Of a stretch of DNA of 61,032 nucleotides, positions 9,603 through 19,092 are shown one piece after another. The stretch's first letter is position 1. Each line of letters opens with the position of its first letter. Source of the DNA: an uncultured virus (IMG/VR IMGVR_UViG_3300033075_001676) (taxonomy: Duplodnaviria; Heunggongvirae; Uroviricota; Caudoviricetes); the IMG/VR virus record IMGVR_UViG_3300033075_001676, one strand, 5' to 3'. The notes under the pieces were generated by a model. That model did not search any database and had not been told where the DNA came from. It saw only the letters and a program-made list of their open reading frames with translations. The position numbers and the translations under genes were made by a program.

Positions 9603-9639
9603 CTTGACCCCTGGAGAGATCTGGGGGTCAAGTTTTTTT
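9603..9639 (+). terminator. Intrinsic terminator after dut
   Basis: 13-bp stem CTTGACCCCTGGA/TCTGGGGGTCAAG, GAGA loop, T7 tract. Confidence 0.85.
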
Positions 9640-9649
9640 AGAGGTATTT

Positions 9650-11149
9650 ATGGAATTTACTACAGAACAAGAAAAGATTATCTATTCAAATAATAGAATT
9701 AATGTAGCTCTTAGCACTCCCGGATCAGGTAAAAGTACAGTAATTGTTGCTAGAGCTGCAAGAATTTGGAAAGAGACCCAAGAACCTATCTTAGTTTGTA
9801 CATTCAGTAGTAAAACTGCTGAGGATGTTAAAAGTAAATTAGAGTCCGTCAATGGCCATATAGATGTTAAAACTATTCATAGTCTTTGCTATGGAGTATT
9901 AAAAGAACATTGGTCTTTGTTAGGAGATACTTTAGGAGTTAAAGATTGGCCAGCTGAGCCTACTCTGGTTGAAAAAGACTTTGAAATAGAATTAATTACT
10001 GGGCAGTATGATGGTAATCTTAAGTTAACTGCCATGCAATTCTATGATAAGGTTATTAAATTTAGAAAATTAGGATTATCTCCTGGACTTTATCAAAACT
10101 TATTAAGACAGGGTGTCTATTTTTTTGGGCTAGATCAAAGAACTGAGCAGGCTATTCCTTCTTATGAAAGAATGCGGTTGGAAAGAGGCTACATAACTTA
10201 TGATGATATGATTAATTTATGTAACTATATAATTGGCTCTCCAGAGGTTTCAATTAGCCTATCTAGGAAATACATGCATATCATGATTGACGAAGCCCAG
10301 GACACGTCTGAGGGGCAATGGGACATACTTAGGCCTATTGTTAACAACAGTGTTAGTACTTTATGTGTTGGAGACTTATGTCAATCTCTCTATTCTTGGA
10401 GAAATGCTGATGGTTCGGTACTTTCTAATCTTTCAAGACATAAAGATGCTTTAGTTTTTAGACTTACTAAATCTTTTAGAACTGCAGAGAATATTGCAGA
10501 CTTTGCTAATATTATTGTTTCTGATCCTGAATCTCAAATTGACTCTGCTAAGTTTGGTGGAGAACTAGAAGTACATAAGTTTGATACTTATGATGAAGAA
10601 GTTGCTTATGTATTAGGATCTTGTCCTAAGAATGGAGCTATTCTTGCAAGAACTAATTCTTATTTAGAGCCATTTGAAAAACAATTAATTGAAAAGAATC
10701 AAACCTACTTAGGGGCTTCTTTTTATAGGTCTGATCAGGTTAAGACTATCTATAATTTTGTATGTGAAGATTCTAATATTACTCATAAAACCTTGAATAG
10801 AATTTTTATTGATTCAGATGTTTATTCAGCTGAAGAGAAAGATGATTTTAGAATTGTTATCAATAGAATTAAAAATTATGGTACTAAAGATTTTATTGAT
10901 CTAGTTGAAAGAGCTCAAAACTTGAAAGGTCCAGGACCTACTTTACTTACTGGGCACGGAGCTAAAGGTTTGGAGTGGAATTCGGTATATATTGTTGGCT
11001 GTCATAAAGGTGTAATTCCACATAGATTAGCTACTAATTATGTTGAAGAAAGAAATATTTTTTATGTCATGAGTACTAGAGCTAAAAATTATCTTAATAT
11101 TTCTTATTTGAAATATCCTTCACCTTTTATTCCTAAGGAGTATTTATGA
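9650..11149 (+). CDS. UvrD/Rep superfamily 1 helicase
   Basis: PGSGKS, IDEAQD, VGDLCQSLYSWR, HGAKGLEW, EERNIFYVMSTRAK. Confidence 0.92.
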   Translation: MEFTTEQEKIIYSNNRINVALSTPGSGKSTVIVARAARIWKETQEPILVCTFSSKTAEDVKSKLESVNGHIDVKTIHSLCYGVLKEHWSLLGDTLGVKDWPAEPTLVEKDFEIELITGQYDGNLKLTAMQFYDKVIKFRKLGLSPGLYQNLLRQGVYFFGLDQRTEQAIPSYERMRLERGYITYDDMINLCNYIIGSPEVSISLSRKYMHIMIDEAQDTSEGQWDILRPIVNNSVSTLCVGDLCQSLYSWRNADGSVLSNLSRHKDALVFRLTKSFRTAENIADFANIIVSDPESQIDSAKFGGELEVHKFDTYDEEVAYVLGSCPKNGAILARTNSYLEPFEKQLIEKNQTYLGASFYRSDQVKTIYNFVCEDSNITHKTLNRIFIDSDVYSAEEKDDFRIVINRIKNYGTKDFIDLVERAQNLKGPGPTLLTGHGAKGLEWNSVYIVGCHKGVIPHRLATNYVEERNIFYVMSTRAKNYLNISYLKYPSPFIPKEYL

Positions 11150-11476
11150 GCATACCTTTTCCTAGCAGTGGCTATTATTTATCTGCTACTTTGAGCTAAC
11201 GCAAGCCCTAGTACTTTTCTAAAAGGAAATGGGAGCTGGGCTATGTATGAGGAGAATATGACTTTTAAATTAAACACTATTCAATGGAATAATGGTAATA
11301 AAGATAAACAAATTATAGACTTTTATTTAGATGGTTCTAACTATAGAATTTTATTTAGCTTACATAATGTAAATGTAGCTAGAGATGAATATAAAAAAAG
11401 ATATAAGTATGATTTATATGCTTATAATTCTGATTGGACTAAGAATAATATCTATTCAGTAAAGAGTATTTTTTAA
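11146..11476 (+). pseudogene. Frameshifted hypothetical gene (ORF track sees only 11243-11476)
   Basis: AAGGAG RBS + ATG 11146 reads MSIPFPSSGYYLSATLS-stop; the +1 frame from 11195 reads ANASPSTFLKGNGSWA into ORF 11243. Confidence 0.5.
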
Positions 11477-11757
11477 TGAGTAAATCTTGGTTCAATGAGG
11501 CAATAAAATGGCAAATAACAAGTGCAACTCAAATATCTGTCAATTACCAAAAAACTATTTCTACAGTATTAGGTGAAAGAGTTGATGTTTTAAATAAGAG
11601 AAATCCATTTTATTTGTATAAGGGTTGCCCCTCTGATAGTTATAGATACATGGTTATATTAAATAATGGTTGTATCTATTTTAATTGGTACTGGAATTTT
11701 GGTGATATTGAAATTAAAATTAATGATTTTAATACATCTAGAATTTTTTCTGGATAA
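11476..11757 (+). CDS. Hypothetical AT-rich protein
   Basis: TAATG-coupled ORF. Confidence 0.5.
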   Translation: MSKSWFNEAIKWQITSATQISVNYQKTISTVLGERVDVLNKRNPFYLYKGCPSDSYRYMVILNNGCIYFNWYWNFGDIEIKINDFNTSRIFSG

Positions 11758-11762
11758 CTACA

Positions 11763-12023
11763 ATGGCTAGAGTACCTGGATCCTCTTGGCCTAGGCCTAT
11801 AAATTTACCGTATCCTATTATGCGTATTTACTCAATGTTTAAACCTTCTATATTTAGTAGAATTACAAGATGCTACTATATAGATATAGACTTAAATAAT
11901 AACCAATATAGGTTAAGTCTTGATTGTGAATTTTTATTTGACAATAAAACTTTAGTTCATATGGCTATTTCCCAATCCTATGCGGATAAATTTTATCAAA
12001 TCTTTGGCTATAAAACAATCTAA
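11763..12023 (+). CDS. Hypothetical AT-rich protein
   Basis: ORF in a coupled run. Confidence 0.5.
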   Translation: MARVPGSSWPRPINLPYPIMRIYSMFKPSIFSRITRCYYIDIDLNNNQYRLSLDCEFLFDNKTLVHMAISQSYADKFYQIFGYKTI

Positions 12024-12322
12024 TGCTTGATATTCCAATTATCTCTTCTTTAATTCTGAGTCAAAATAAAATTTGGTTTCTGAATTTTGATTTGACCTAT
12101 TACTCTCAACAAATAAATGATGAGATTGAAAAAAATAACTATCAAGTCCTATTGACTAGATTTGTTAAAGATGGTAATAAATTACATTTATTGTATACCC
12201 ACCATAAAGATGAGGAGTTTTTTCCTCATATGTTCATCCACTTTTTGGGTGATCCAAACCCCTACCTAATAACCCCAATAATAATTAAAGATACTGTTTT
12301 TTATAAAGCAGAAATTCTTTAA
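12023..12322 (+). CDS. Hypothetical AT-rich protein
   Basis: TAATG-coupled ORF before a terminator. Confidence 0.5.
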   Translation: MLDIPIISSLILSQNKIWFLNFDLTYYSQQINDEIEKNNYQVLLTRFVKDGNKLHLLYTHHKDEEFFPHMFIHFLGDPNPYLITPIIIKDTVFYKAEIL

Positions 12323-12337
12323 TTTTAAAAATATAAA

Positions 12338-12356
12338 GGCCGCCCTTTGGGCGGCC
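12338..12356. terminator. Probable bidirectional terminator
   Basis: GGCCGCCC-TTT-GGGCGGCC hairpin between convergent genes, A-rich on the left and T-rich on the right. Confidence 0.8.
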
Positions 12357-12395
12357 CTCTTGTTCTTTTAAGTATTAGTGCCTGGCACTTTGAAC

Positions 12396-12725
12396 TTAAC
12401 CAAGAACTCTAACTAGAGCATTCTCTAGTTTTACTCCCCTAATATCAAAACCCTTGATCTTGAATTCCTTACCTTTAACAAACTTTTCAACTTCAAACTC
12501 TTCTGAGTAGACTGGAAAGCCATTAAAGATTGCAGTTACTTTAAACTTCAAGTCTGCAACTTCAACCATAAGATCAACTGGTCCGGGAATATCAATAGGC
12601 TGTTTGTAATTCAACTTACCAGTGGGAACCTCAAAATGTTCATTGATCTTTCCTTTAATAGTACCAAAGGTAATATGAAAGGCTCGGAATTTAACACTAT
12701 AGGTTCCAGTAATTTCTAACTTCAT
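12396..12725 (-). CDS. Hypothetical beta-rich protein
   Basis: AGGAG RBS; isolated minus-strand ORF divergent from the tail genes. Confidence 0.65.
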   Translation of the reverse strand: MKLEITGTYSVKFRAFHITFGTIKGKINEHFEVPTGKLNYKQPIDIPGPVDLMVEVADLKFKVTAIFNGFPVYSEEFEVEKFVKGKEFKIKGFDIRGVKLENALVRVLG

Positions 12726-12832
12726 TTTCTTAATTCTCCTAACTTACAGGCCCTCTATTTTATATAGATTTCAATCATATAAAATGAGAAATTTTATTTT
12801 CAAGCAAATAGAGGTTGGAAAGGATCTAACAA

Positions 12833-14506
12833 ATGCAAATTATTAAATCTGATAAAGAATTAGCTCTGTGGAGATATAGAATTTCTAGGGCCGGCGTAAA
12901 TAGTACAGACGATACAATCATTGCTATCTCTTTCCATGGAACTAATGGAGATCTTTTTCCTCTAGTAGATTCAACTAATACTACTAGGGCTAGTATGTTG
13001 GTAACTTTGGCCTATACTAGTACTGGGATTTCTTTACTCTCATTAGCTCAGACCTATATTAGTTCTGGAATAACTACGAGTGTTCTTGAAGCTTGTCCCT
13101 CTGCTAGGATTGCAGTGGTTTCTGGACCAGCTATTTTAGTCAGAGGAGATATTAATAAGAACAATGCTGTAAACTCTAACTTTAATCAAGATGGACCCTA
13201 TTCTTTAACTAAAGGTAAGATTCTTTGTATTGGTGGAAGACATCCTATTAGTGATATTGAAGAATTTACTTTAGGATTTGATGGAGGAACTCTTATTGGG
13301 AGTGTTTGTACTGAAAGGATTGTTACTCCTAATACTAATTTTATCTTTACACCTTTAACTATTTGGGGGTATGATGGAGGATTTCCATCTCAAAATGTAG
13401 GAGCTGGTAGATCTGGTTTAATTTTATTTGATCAATTGACAGCTGAGAATGATGGAATTGGAGCATCTAATGGACTTCTAATTAATTTTGGTGGAGGAGA
13501 TACTACTAAAGCTATCTGGGGTACTGGAATGTTTGATCTAGATAATTCTAATATTACAAATGGCTTGATTAAAAGGGAAGGTGTAGGTAGTTTTTCTGGA
13601 CCTTACATTGGAATTAGATGGGGAAGTCTAGTAGGGTTTAGTGACGCAAGTAAGAGCGTTGAAGATCTATCAATTAGAATTGGAACTAGAAAAGAAGCAG
13701 CTGTTTCTAACTCAAGAATTAATGGCTCACTTTTAGAAAATCCTTTAAATGACTATTACTTTAAAGCTGTCTCAGCTAATGTTAGTTATTCTGGATACTT
13801 TTCTGATGTGGATGGTAATATTGCTAGTACTCTAGAAGATGGTAGTGATACTTCTGCAAGAACTGGATTATTTATTAGTGGAACTATTAGTACTACTGGT
13901 TGGTCTAGATTAAATAGTACTTATTCTTTTATTCCACCTAATGCTACAGCATTTGTAGGTCGAAAAGATGGGGATGTTTATGTAATTAAATCTTTAGGGG
14001 CTACACCTGCTAATGTACATTTACATAGTGCAAGCTCTACGTTAGATAGTGTTGGTGGACCAGTTGATTCTAGAACTGACTTTTGGGTGATAGGGGCATT
14101 AAATGATAATTCCTTCTTTCCGTCTTCTGCTGGAAGTGTGAGTTCTGGAGGAGGTGGTAGCTCTAGTTCCTCTGCCACTGTTGCTTTTACTAATATTTTA
14201 GTAGCTTCTGCTTCTGCTTCGGCAGCATCTACAGTGGTTATTCAAAGCTATAATTCTGCAGGTATTGCAGTCGATAGACAAACAATTACTATTCCAGTTA
14301 GATCTATTGGATCAGGTTCTACTCTTTCTAGTCTTCTAACTGGATATGCTAGTACTTGGGTTGCAGCTAAAATTACAGATGTATCTGGAGCTAATTTCTA
14401 TATTGTTGAAAGTACTGGAACAGTAGTAGCATCTACAGGTGCTCAAGTAATTGCAGTTGGGGATTACTCAACTGATCCTATTACAATTAATGGTGATTTG
14501 CTTTAA
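12833..14506 (+). CDS. Putative virion/tail protein, Ser/Gly/Thr/Ala-rich
   Basis: Beta-rich composition; SSAGSVSSGGGGSSSSSAT and ASASASAAST patches; heads a tail-fibre operon. Confidence 0.55.
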   Translation: MQIIKSDKELALWRYRISRAGVNSTDDTIIAISFHGTNGDLFPLVDSTNTTRASMLVTLAYTSTGISLLSLAQTYISSGITTSVLEACPSARIAVVSGPAILVRGDINKNNAVNSNFNQDGPYSLTKGKILCIGGRHPISDIEEFTLGFDGGTLIGSVCTERIVTPNTNFIFTPLTIWGYDGGFPSQNVGAGRSGLILFDQLTAENDGIGASNGLLINFGGGDTTKAIWGTGMFDLDNSNITNGLIKREGVGSFSGPYIGIRWGSLVGFSDASKSVEDLSIRIGTRKEAAVSNSRINGSLLENPLNDYYFKAVSANVSYSGYFSDVDGNIASTLEDGSDTSARTGLFISGTISTTGWSRLNSTYSFIPPNATAFVGRKDGDVYVIKSLGATPANVHLHSASSTLDSVGGPVDSRTDFWVIGALNDNSFFPSSAGSVSSGGGGSSSSSATVAFTNILVASASASAASTVVIQSYNSAGIAVDRQTITIPVRSIGSGSTLSSLLTGYASTWVAAKITDVSGANFYIVESTGTVVASTGAQVIAVGDYSTDPITINGDLL

Positions 14507-14512
14507 GCTTGA

Positions 14513-15874
14513 ATGGCTGATCTTAATCTCAGAAGACAATTAGAACTACTGAGAAATCAGTTTGCAGTAGAAGTATCTGACTCCATCACTAGTGTTGGTG
14601 GAGTCATTTCTTTTGTTAATGACTCTGATGCTCCTGGAAATACTAAGTACTATGGTACTAATGGCCTAGGAGTCAAAGGTTGGTATACCCTCACTGCTGG
14701 AGCTTCTGGTGGTGGGGTTGTTGATAATTCTGAAAGACTAGATAATCAATTACCTTCTTATTATCTGACTAGAGCTAACCACATTGGAACTCAAGCTTTT
14801 AATACCATTATTGGTTTAAGTGTAGTTGCTAGTTCTAATCTATATTCAGATTTAACTGGAATCCCTTCTACTTTTGCACCTTCAGCACATACTCAACCTG
14901 CATCAACAATTATAGGCCTAGGTAGTTTAGCTACTCAATCTGGTACTTTTTCTGGGACATCTTCAGGAACTAATACTGGGGACCAGAATTTATTTTCTAC
15001 TTTTATAGTTGCAGGCCAAAGTAATGTAGTTGCAGACTCTACCTCAGACTCAGTTACCTTCATAGCTGGGGCAGGAATGACTATCACTACTGATGCTTCT
15101 AGTGATAGTATTACTTTTACAGCCACAGCTACTGGAGCAGGTGGAACAAATTATTACAATACTACTTATCTGGATCAAACTGGAGGAACTGGAGATACCT
15201 ATGGAGTTCTAGTTGGATCTATCAATGGAAGTAATGCTTTATTCACAGTCTCTCAGAGTGCATATGCCAGTGGATCTTTAAAAGTATATTTAAATGGTCA
15301 ACTTCAAACTCAGGGATCTAATGAAGATTGGGTTGAAACAGATCCTAGTCTAGGTACTTTTACCTTTAGTAGTGCTCCCTCTTCTGGAGATTTAGTCTCA
15401 GTAGAGTACCAATTAACTTCTACAGGTGGAGGTGGCGGGGGTCCAATAACTTTAACTGGTGCTGTAACTGGAACTGGTACTAGTACAATTGTTACAGCCT
15501 TAGCTGCAAGTAGTGTTAATCTAATTAATTTATCTGCAACTGGGACTCCTTCTGCTTCTAAGTATTTAAGAGGAGACTGGACTTGGGCTACTATTGTTGC
15601 TGGAGGGAGTGGTTCAACAAATGATATTGAACTTTCTCTTCAGATGGTAACTTTAATAAGTTATGTAGAATATACTTATGATGTTGGGGGCAATTTAACC
15701 AACAAAGATATTTGGGAAGATAATACAAAAACAAATAAATACTACTCTATTTTATATAGTTATACTGGAGATGATCTTACTTCTATAGAAGTAACTAGAG
15801 AGTCTGATTCATTTACCTATACAAAAACATTTGCTTATTCAGGTGGAAACTTAATAAGTACTACTATCACTTAA
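14513..15874 (+). CDS. Modular tail fibre protein
   Basis: Fibre motifs YLTRANHIGTQ, SGTNTGDQ, LKVYLNGQLQ, LSATGTPSASKYLRGDWTWA. Confidence 0.7.
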   Translation: MADLNLRRQLELLRNQFAVEVSDSITSVGGVISFVNDSDAPGNTKYYGTNGLGVKGWYTLTAGASGGGVVDNSERLDNQLPSYYLTRANHIGTQAFNTIIGLSVVASSNLYSDLTGIPSTFAPSAHTQPASTIIGLGSLATQSGTFSGTSSGTNTGDQNLFSTFIVAGQSNVVADSTSDSVTFIAGAGMTITTDASSDSITFTATATGAGGTNYYNTTYLDQTGGTGDTYGVLVGSINGSNALFTVSQSAYASGSLKVYLNGQLQTQGSNEDWVETDPSLGTFTFSSAPSSGDLVSVEYQLTSTGGGGGGPITLTGAVTGTGTSTIVTALAASSVNLINLSATGTPSASKYLRGDWTWATIVAGGSGSTNDIELSLQMVTLISYVEYTYDVGGNLTNKDIWEDNTKTNKYYSILYSYTGDDLTSIEVTRESDSFTYTKTFAYSGGNLISTTIT

Positions 15875-15885
15875 GGAAATAAATT

Positions 15886-16296
15886 ATGAGTTTTGGAAAC
15901 ACTGCAGAAACCGACGTCCTCGGTAAATTGTTTAATAATACAGCATTGTCGTGGGATGCTAATACAGATTTGTATTTAGCTTTACATACTGGAGATCCAG
16001 GTGAGGGAGGCTCCCAGACCACCTCAGAAGCTAACTATACTAGCTATGCTAGAGTTGCAGTAAGTAGATCTACTTCAGGTTGGACTGTATCTGGGGCTAC
16101 AGTTACTAATGCTGCCTTGGTCCAATTTCCACAATGTACTGGAGGCTCAAGTTCTTGTACATATGTAAGCATTGGAACTGCTGCATCTGGTGCAGGTCAA
16201 ATCTTAGTGAGTGGGGCTTTGAACAGCACTTTGAGTGTTAGCAATCTTATTCAGCCTCAATTTGCAGCATCAGCACTCACCTTTACTTTAGATTAA
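15886..16296 (+). CDS. Small phage tail-associated structural protein
   Basis: LYLALHTGDPGEGGSQTTSEANYTSYARVAV motif common in phage tail genes. Confidence 0.7.
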   Translation: MSFGNTAETDVLGKLFNNTALSWDANTDLYLALHTGDPGEGGSQTTSEANYTSYARVAVSRSTSGWTVSGATVTNAALVQFPQCTGGSSSCTYVSIGTAASGAGQILVSGALNSTLSVSNLIQPQFAASALTFTLD

Positions 16297-16298
16297 TT

Positions 16299-17165
16299 AT
16301 GGCCTCTGGTTTTAGAAATGTAAGAGAACTTGCTAGTGCTGAAGTAGATTTAGGCTCTAGTAAGATCTTTTCATATAGAAAAGTACCAATCCAAACTACA
16401 GCTACTGGCTTTTGGTTTGATCTTTCTATGTCTCCTGGAAATCCCTTGCCTCAGTATTATGCTAATACACCTTTAGCAGCTTCAGTACTGGCTAGGAGTA
16501 CTGATGGTGGCTTAGATCATGGGGGAGCAGTAAATCCAGCTAAGAAATTCTTAAGAAAAGCCTTAGCCATGACTGTAACATCTACAGTTGTGCCTTGTCC
16601 AATCATTATAGCTGATTATTTGTTGTATTATCCATTTATTGATGAAGGTACAACAGACCCCCAGACCCTTATCAATACTAATACCTTAACAAGATATACT
16701 GATGGAGTTGGGGTCCAGGCTATGGCTGTTTGTGTTGCTGCCCATACAGGTGGTCAAACATTTAGTATTAACTATACTAATTCTGATGGGGTTGCTGGGA
16801 GAGTTAGTCCTAACTGTACTATGACTACTCAATCTGTTAATGGCACAATTATCACCTCAGCTAGAAATACCTTAGGTGCTAATGGTGCTTTTATTCCACT
16901 CCAAGCTGGGGATAAGGGAATAAGAAGCATCCAAAGTGTCACTATGAATGGTGTAGACATTGGATTGTTTACTATAGTATTAGTCAAACCTATTGCTCAA
17001 TTAAGTATCAGAGGTATTGATGCTCCAGTTGAGATAGATTATTTTAAAGATTTTTCAAATCTGCCTGAAATTAAAGATGATGCTTATTTGAATATGATTT
17101 GTATGCCTGGTGGGACTATTAATGGTTCTACTATAATGGGCTACCTAGAAGTTAGTTGGTTTTAA
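16299..17165 (+). CDS. Putative tail/virion protein (paralogue of 17179-18333)
   Basis: Shares LTRYTDGVGVQA, GDKGIRSIQSVT and LPEIKDDAYLN motifs with the next gene. Confidence 0.6.
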   Translation: MASGFRNVRELASAEVDLGSSKIFSYRKVPIQTTATGFWFDLSMSPGNPLPQYYANTPLAASVLARSTDGGLDHGGAVNPAKKFLRKALAMTVTSTVVPCPIIIADYLLYYPFIDEGTTDPQTLINTNTLTRYTDGVGVQAMAVCVAAHTGGQTFSINYTNSDGVAGRVSPNCTMTTQSVNGTIITSARNTLGANGAFIPLQAGDKGIRSIQSVTMNGVDIGLFTIVLVKPIAQLSIRGIDAPVEIDYFKDFSNLPEIKDDAYLNMICMPGGTINGSTIMGYLEVSWF

Positions 17166-17178
17166 GGAGAATTAAATT

Positions 17179-18333
17179 ATGCCTTTTTCAAGTATGGATG
17201 ATATCGTCAATGACATTTCAGTCAATGGCCAGTTTTTAAGAGTGGATTGGCAGAAGTCATTTCTACCTACAACTAATGCTGTAGCTGGGGAGTGGCATTA
17301 TATGGCTAGAAGTGCTGGAAATCCTGGTGCAGATACTATTATGAATACTGGTACAAACTTGAACTATCAAAGTTTAAGTGACTCAGTTACTACAGCTAAT
17401 AGTATTCAACATGGAGGTAATGTTTCTCCAAACTATAAACATATTTTAAATGCATCAGCTTTTACAGCTGCTGCTACTACAGCTCCTTGTATTTTAATGT
17501 TAGTAGATTCTGTAGGTTTTTATAGAGTAACTACCACTACCACTTCAGGTGCTCCTCAAGCATTAGTCAATACCCTTACCGCCTTTAGTAACTTCACAGT
17601 TGATGCTGGTACAGATGTGTTGACTCATACTAATATAAACTTGATGCCTTATACTAGAGTTCAAGTTTCTACAACTACAACTTTACCTGCAGGACTTTCG
17701 GCTGCTACCGATTACTATGTGATTAAAGTTTCTGACTTGACTTGTAAATTAGCAACCTCTTATGCTAATGCTGTAGCAGGCACCCAGGTTAATATTACAG
17801 ATGCTGGAACAGGCACCCATACAATCAATACTTTGCTTCCTAGATATACTAATGGAGCTGGAGTTCAAGCATTTATGTATGCAAACAATGCTACTCCTTT
17901 AGGTGCAGGTACTCCTAGCCTTTCGATTGCTTACACCAATACTGCAGCCGTTACAGGTAAGGCAACTCCAACAGTTCTTCCAATTGGTAAAACTGCAGCT
18001 GCTAATGGTCTAGTTCTTTACTCTGGAACTGGTGCTGGAAAACAAGGCCCATTTCTGCCGCAAGCGGCAGGAGATTCTGGAATTGCTGAAATAACCAGTG
18101 TAACTTTATCTTCAACTTATACTTCTGGAGAATTTTCTATAGTGATGTGTAGGCCCCTATTGACTCTGCCTATTACAACTTTAGGTGTAGCTTGTGAAAG
18201 AGATCTTCTTAACCAACTACCATCTTTGCCTAGAGTATATGATGGAGCATGTTTAAATTGGCTTATCTATAGTGGCGTTGCAACTGTGACTAACAATGCT
18301 ATTAATGGTCACCTAGACTTTGGTTGGGGCTAA
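17179..18333 (+). CDS. Putative tail/virion protein with inserted beta domain
   Basis: LPRYTNGAGVQA, GDSGIAEITSVT, LPRVYDGACLN; insert LPAGLSAATDYYVI. Confidence 0.6.
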   Translation: MPFSSMDDIVNDISVNGQFLRVDWQKSFLPTTNAVAGEWHYMARSAGNPGADTIMNTGTNLNYQSLSDSVTTANSIQHGGNVSPNYKHILNASAFTAAATTAPCILMLVDSVGFYRVTTTTTSGAPQALVNTLTAFSNFTVDAGTDVLTHTNINLMPYTRVQVSTTTTLPAGLSAATDYYVIKVSDLTCKLATSYANAVAGTQVNITDAGTGTHTINTLLPRYTNGAGVQAFMYANNATPLGAGTPSLSIAYTNTAAVTGKATPTVLPIGKTAAANGLVLYSGTGAGKQGPFLPQAAGDSGIAEITSVTLSSTYTSGEFSIVMCRPLLTLPITTLGVACERDLLNQLPSLPRVYDGACLNWLIYSGVATVTNNAINGHLDFGWG

Positions 18334-18339
18334 TTTATA

Positions 18340-19092
18340 ATGGCACTTATTGGAAATTATTCTGTTATCTTAAAATCTCCTACAAGATTTAGGGGCGGAA
18401 CTACTGTCTCTGGAGATAGAGCTAACTTTAATAATTCCTCTAGTGCCAGAAATATGTATGTAGGTTCTGACATTAATAAAAAGAATGCAGTACCTAATGG
18501 CTATCTCCCCCCTGGGTCTTGGATTATTCCTTTTACTGCTGGAGGGATGGCTTCTTATACAGACTTAACTTCTCTATGTGCTATAACTTCTGGTAACTTA
18601 GCTGCTGGGATGAATATATCTTCAGACACAGCTTCTTTAACTGGAGTGATAAGTGTTTCTTCTGCAGTTTGCGATCTAATTGGAACTTTAACTTCAAGTG
18701 TTACAGGTTTAGGTACTCTAGCTCCATCGACTCTCTTTGGAGTCTTATCAGCTTCAGTAGCTATTACCGGCCTAGGTTTAATAACTAACTCTGCTTTAGG
18801 TTTACTGGCATTTAATACAGCATCAATAACTGGAGTTATAGCTGTTACAAATGGTAATCTAAGCAATGCTGCTTTGTTAGCTATTGCTAGCTTGACTGGT
18901 TCAGTAAGTATTACTAATGGTGATCTTAGAGCTTTAGCTAATCTAACATCTGACATTCTACCTTATACAGAATTATCGCCTCAAGCTTTGGCTGATGCTG
19001 TTTGGGGTAAAAGTCTTGTAGATGAATTAGATTCTGGGACTTATGGCAAATTAATCAAACAAATTAAAGCAATGATCTCTGCTGGATTATAA
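18340..19092 (+). CDS. Putative tail protein
   Basis: VPNGYLPPGSWIIP, repeated ASLTG/ASITG, LSPQALADAVW. Confidence 0.6.
   Translation: MALIGNYSVILKSPTRFRGGTTVSGDRANFNNSSSARNMYVGSDINKKNAVPNGYLPPGSWIIPFTAGGMASYTDLTSLCAITSGNLAAGMNISSDTASLTGVISVSSAVCDLIGTLTSSVTGLGTLAPSTLFGVLSASVAITGLGLITNSALGLLAFNTASITGVIAVTNGNLSNAALLAIASLTGSVSITNGDLRALANLTSDILPYTELSPQALADAVWGKSLVDELDSGTYGKLIKQIKAMISAGL

Noticed and set aside
11147..11194. UvrD reading through two TGA codons into ORF 11243
   Set aside because: UvrD ends normally after motif VI; a separate RBS and ATG at 11146 with a frameshift explains the region better
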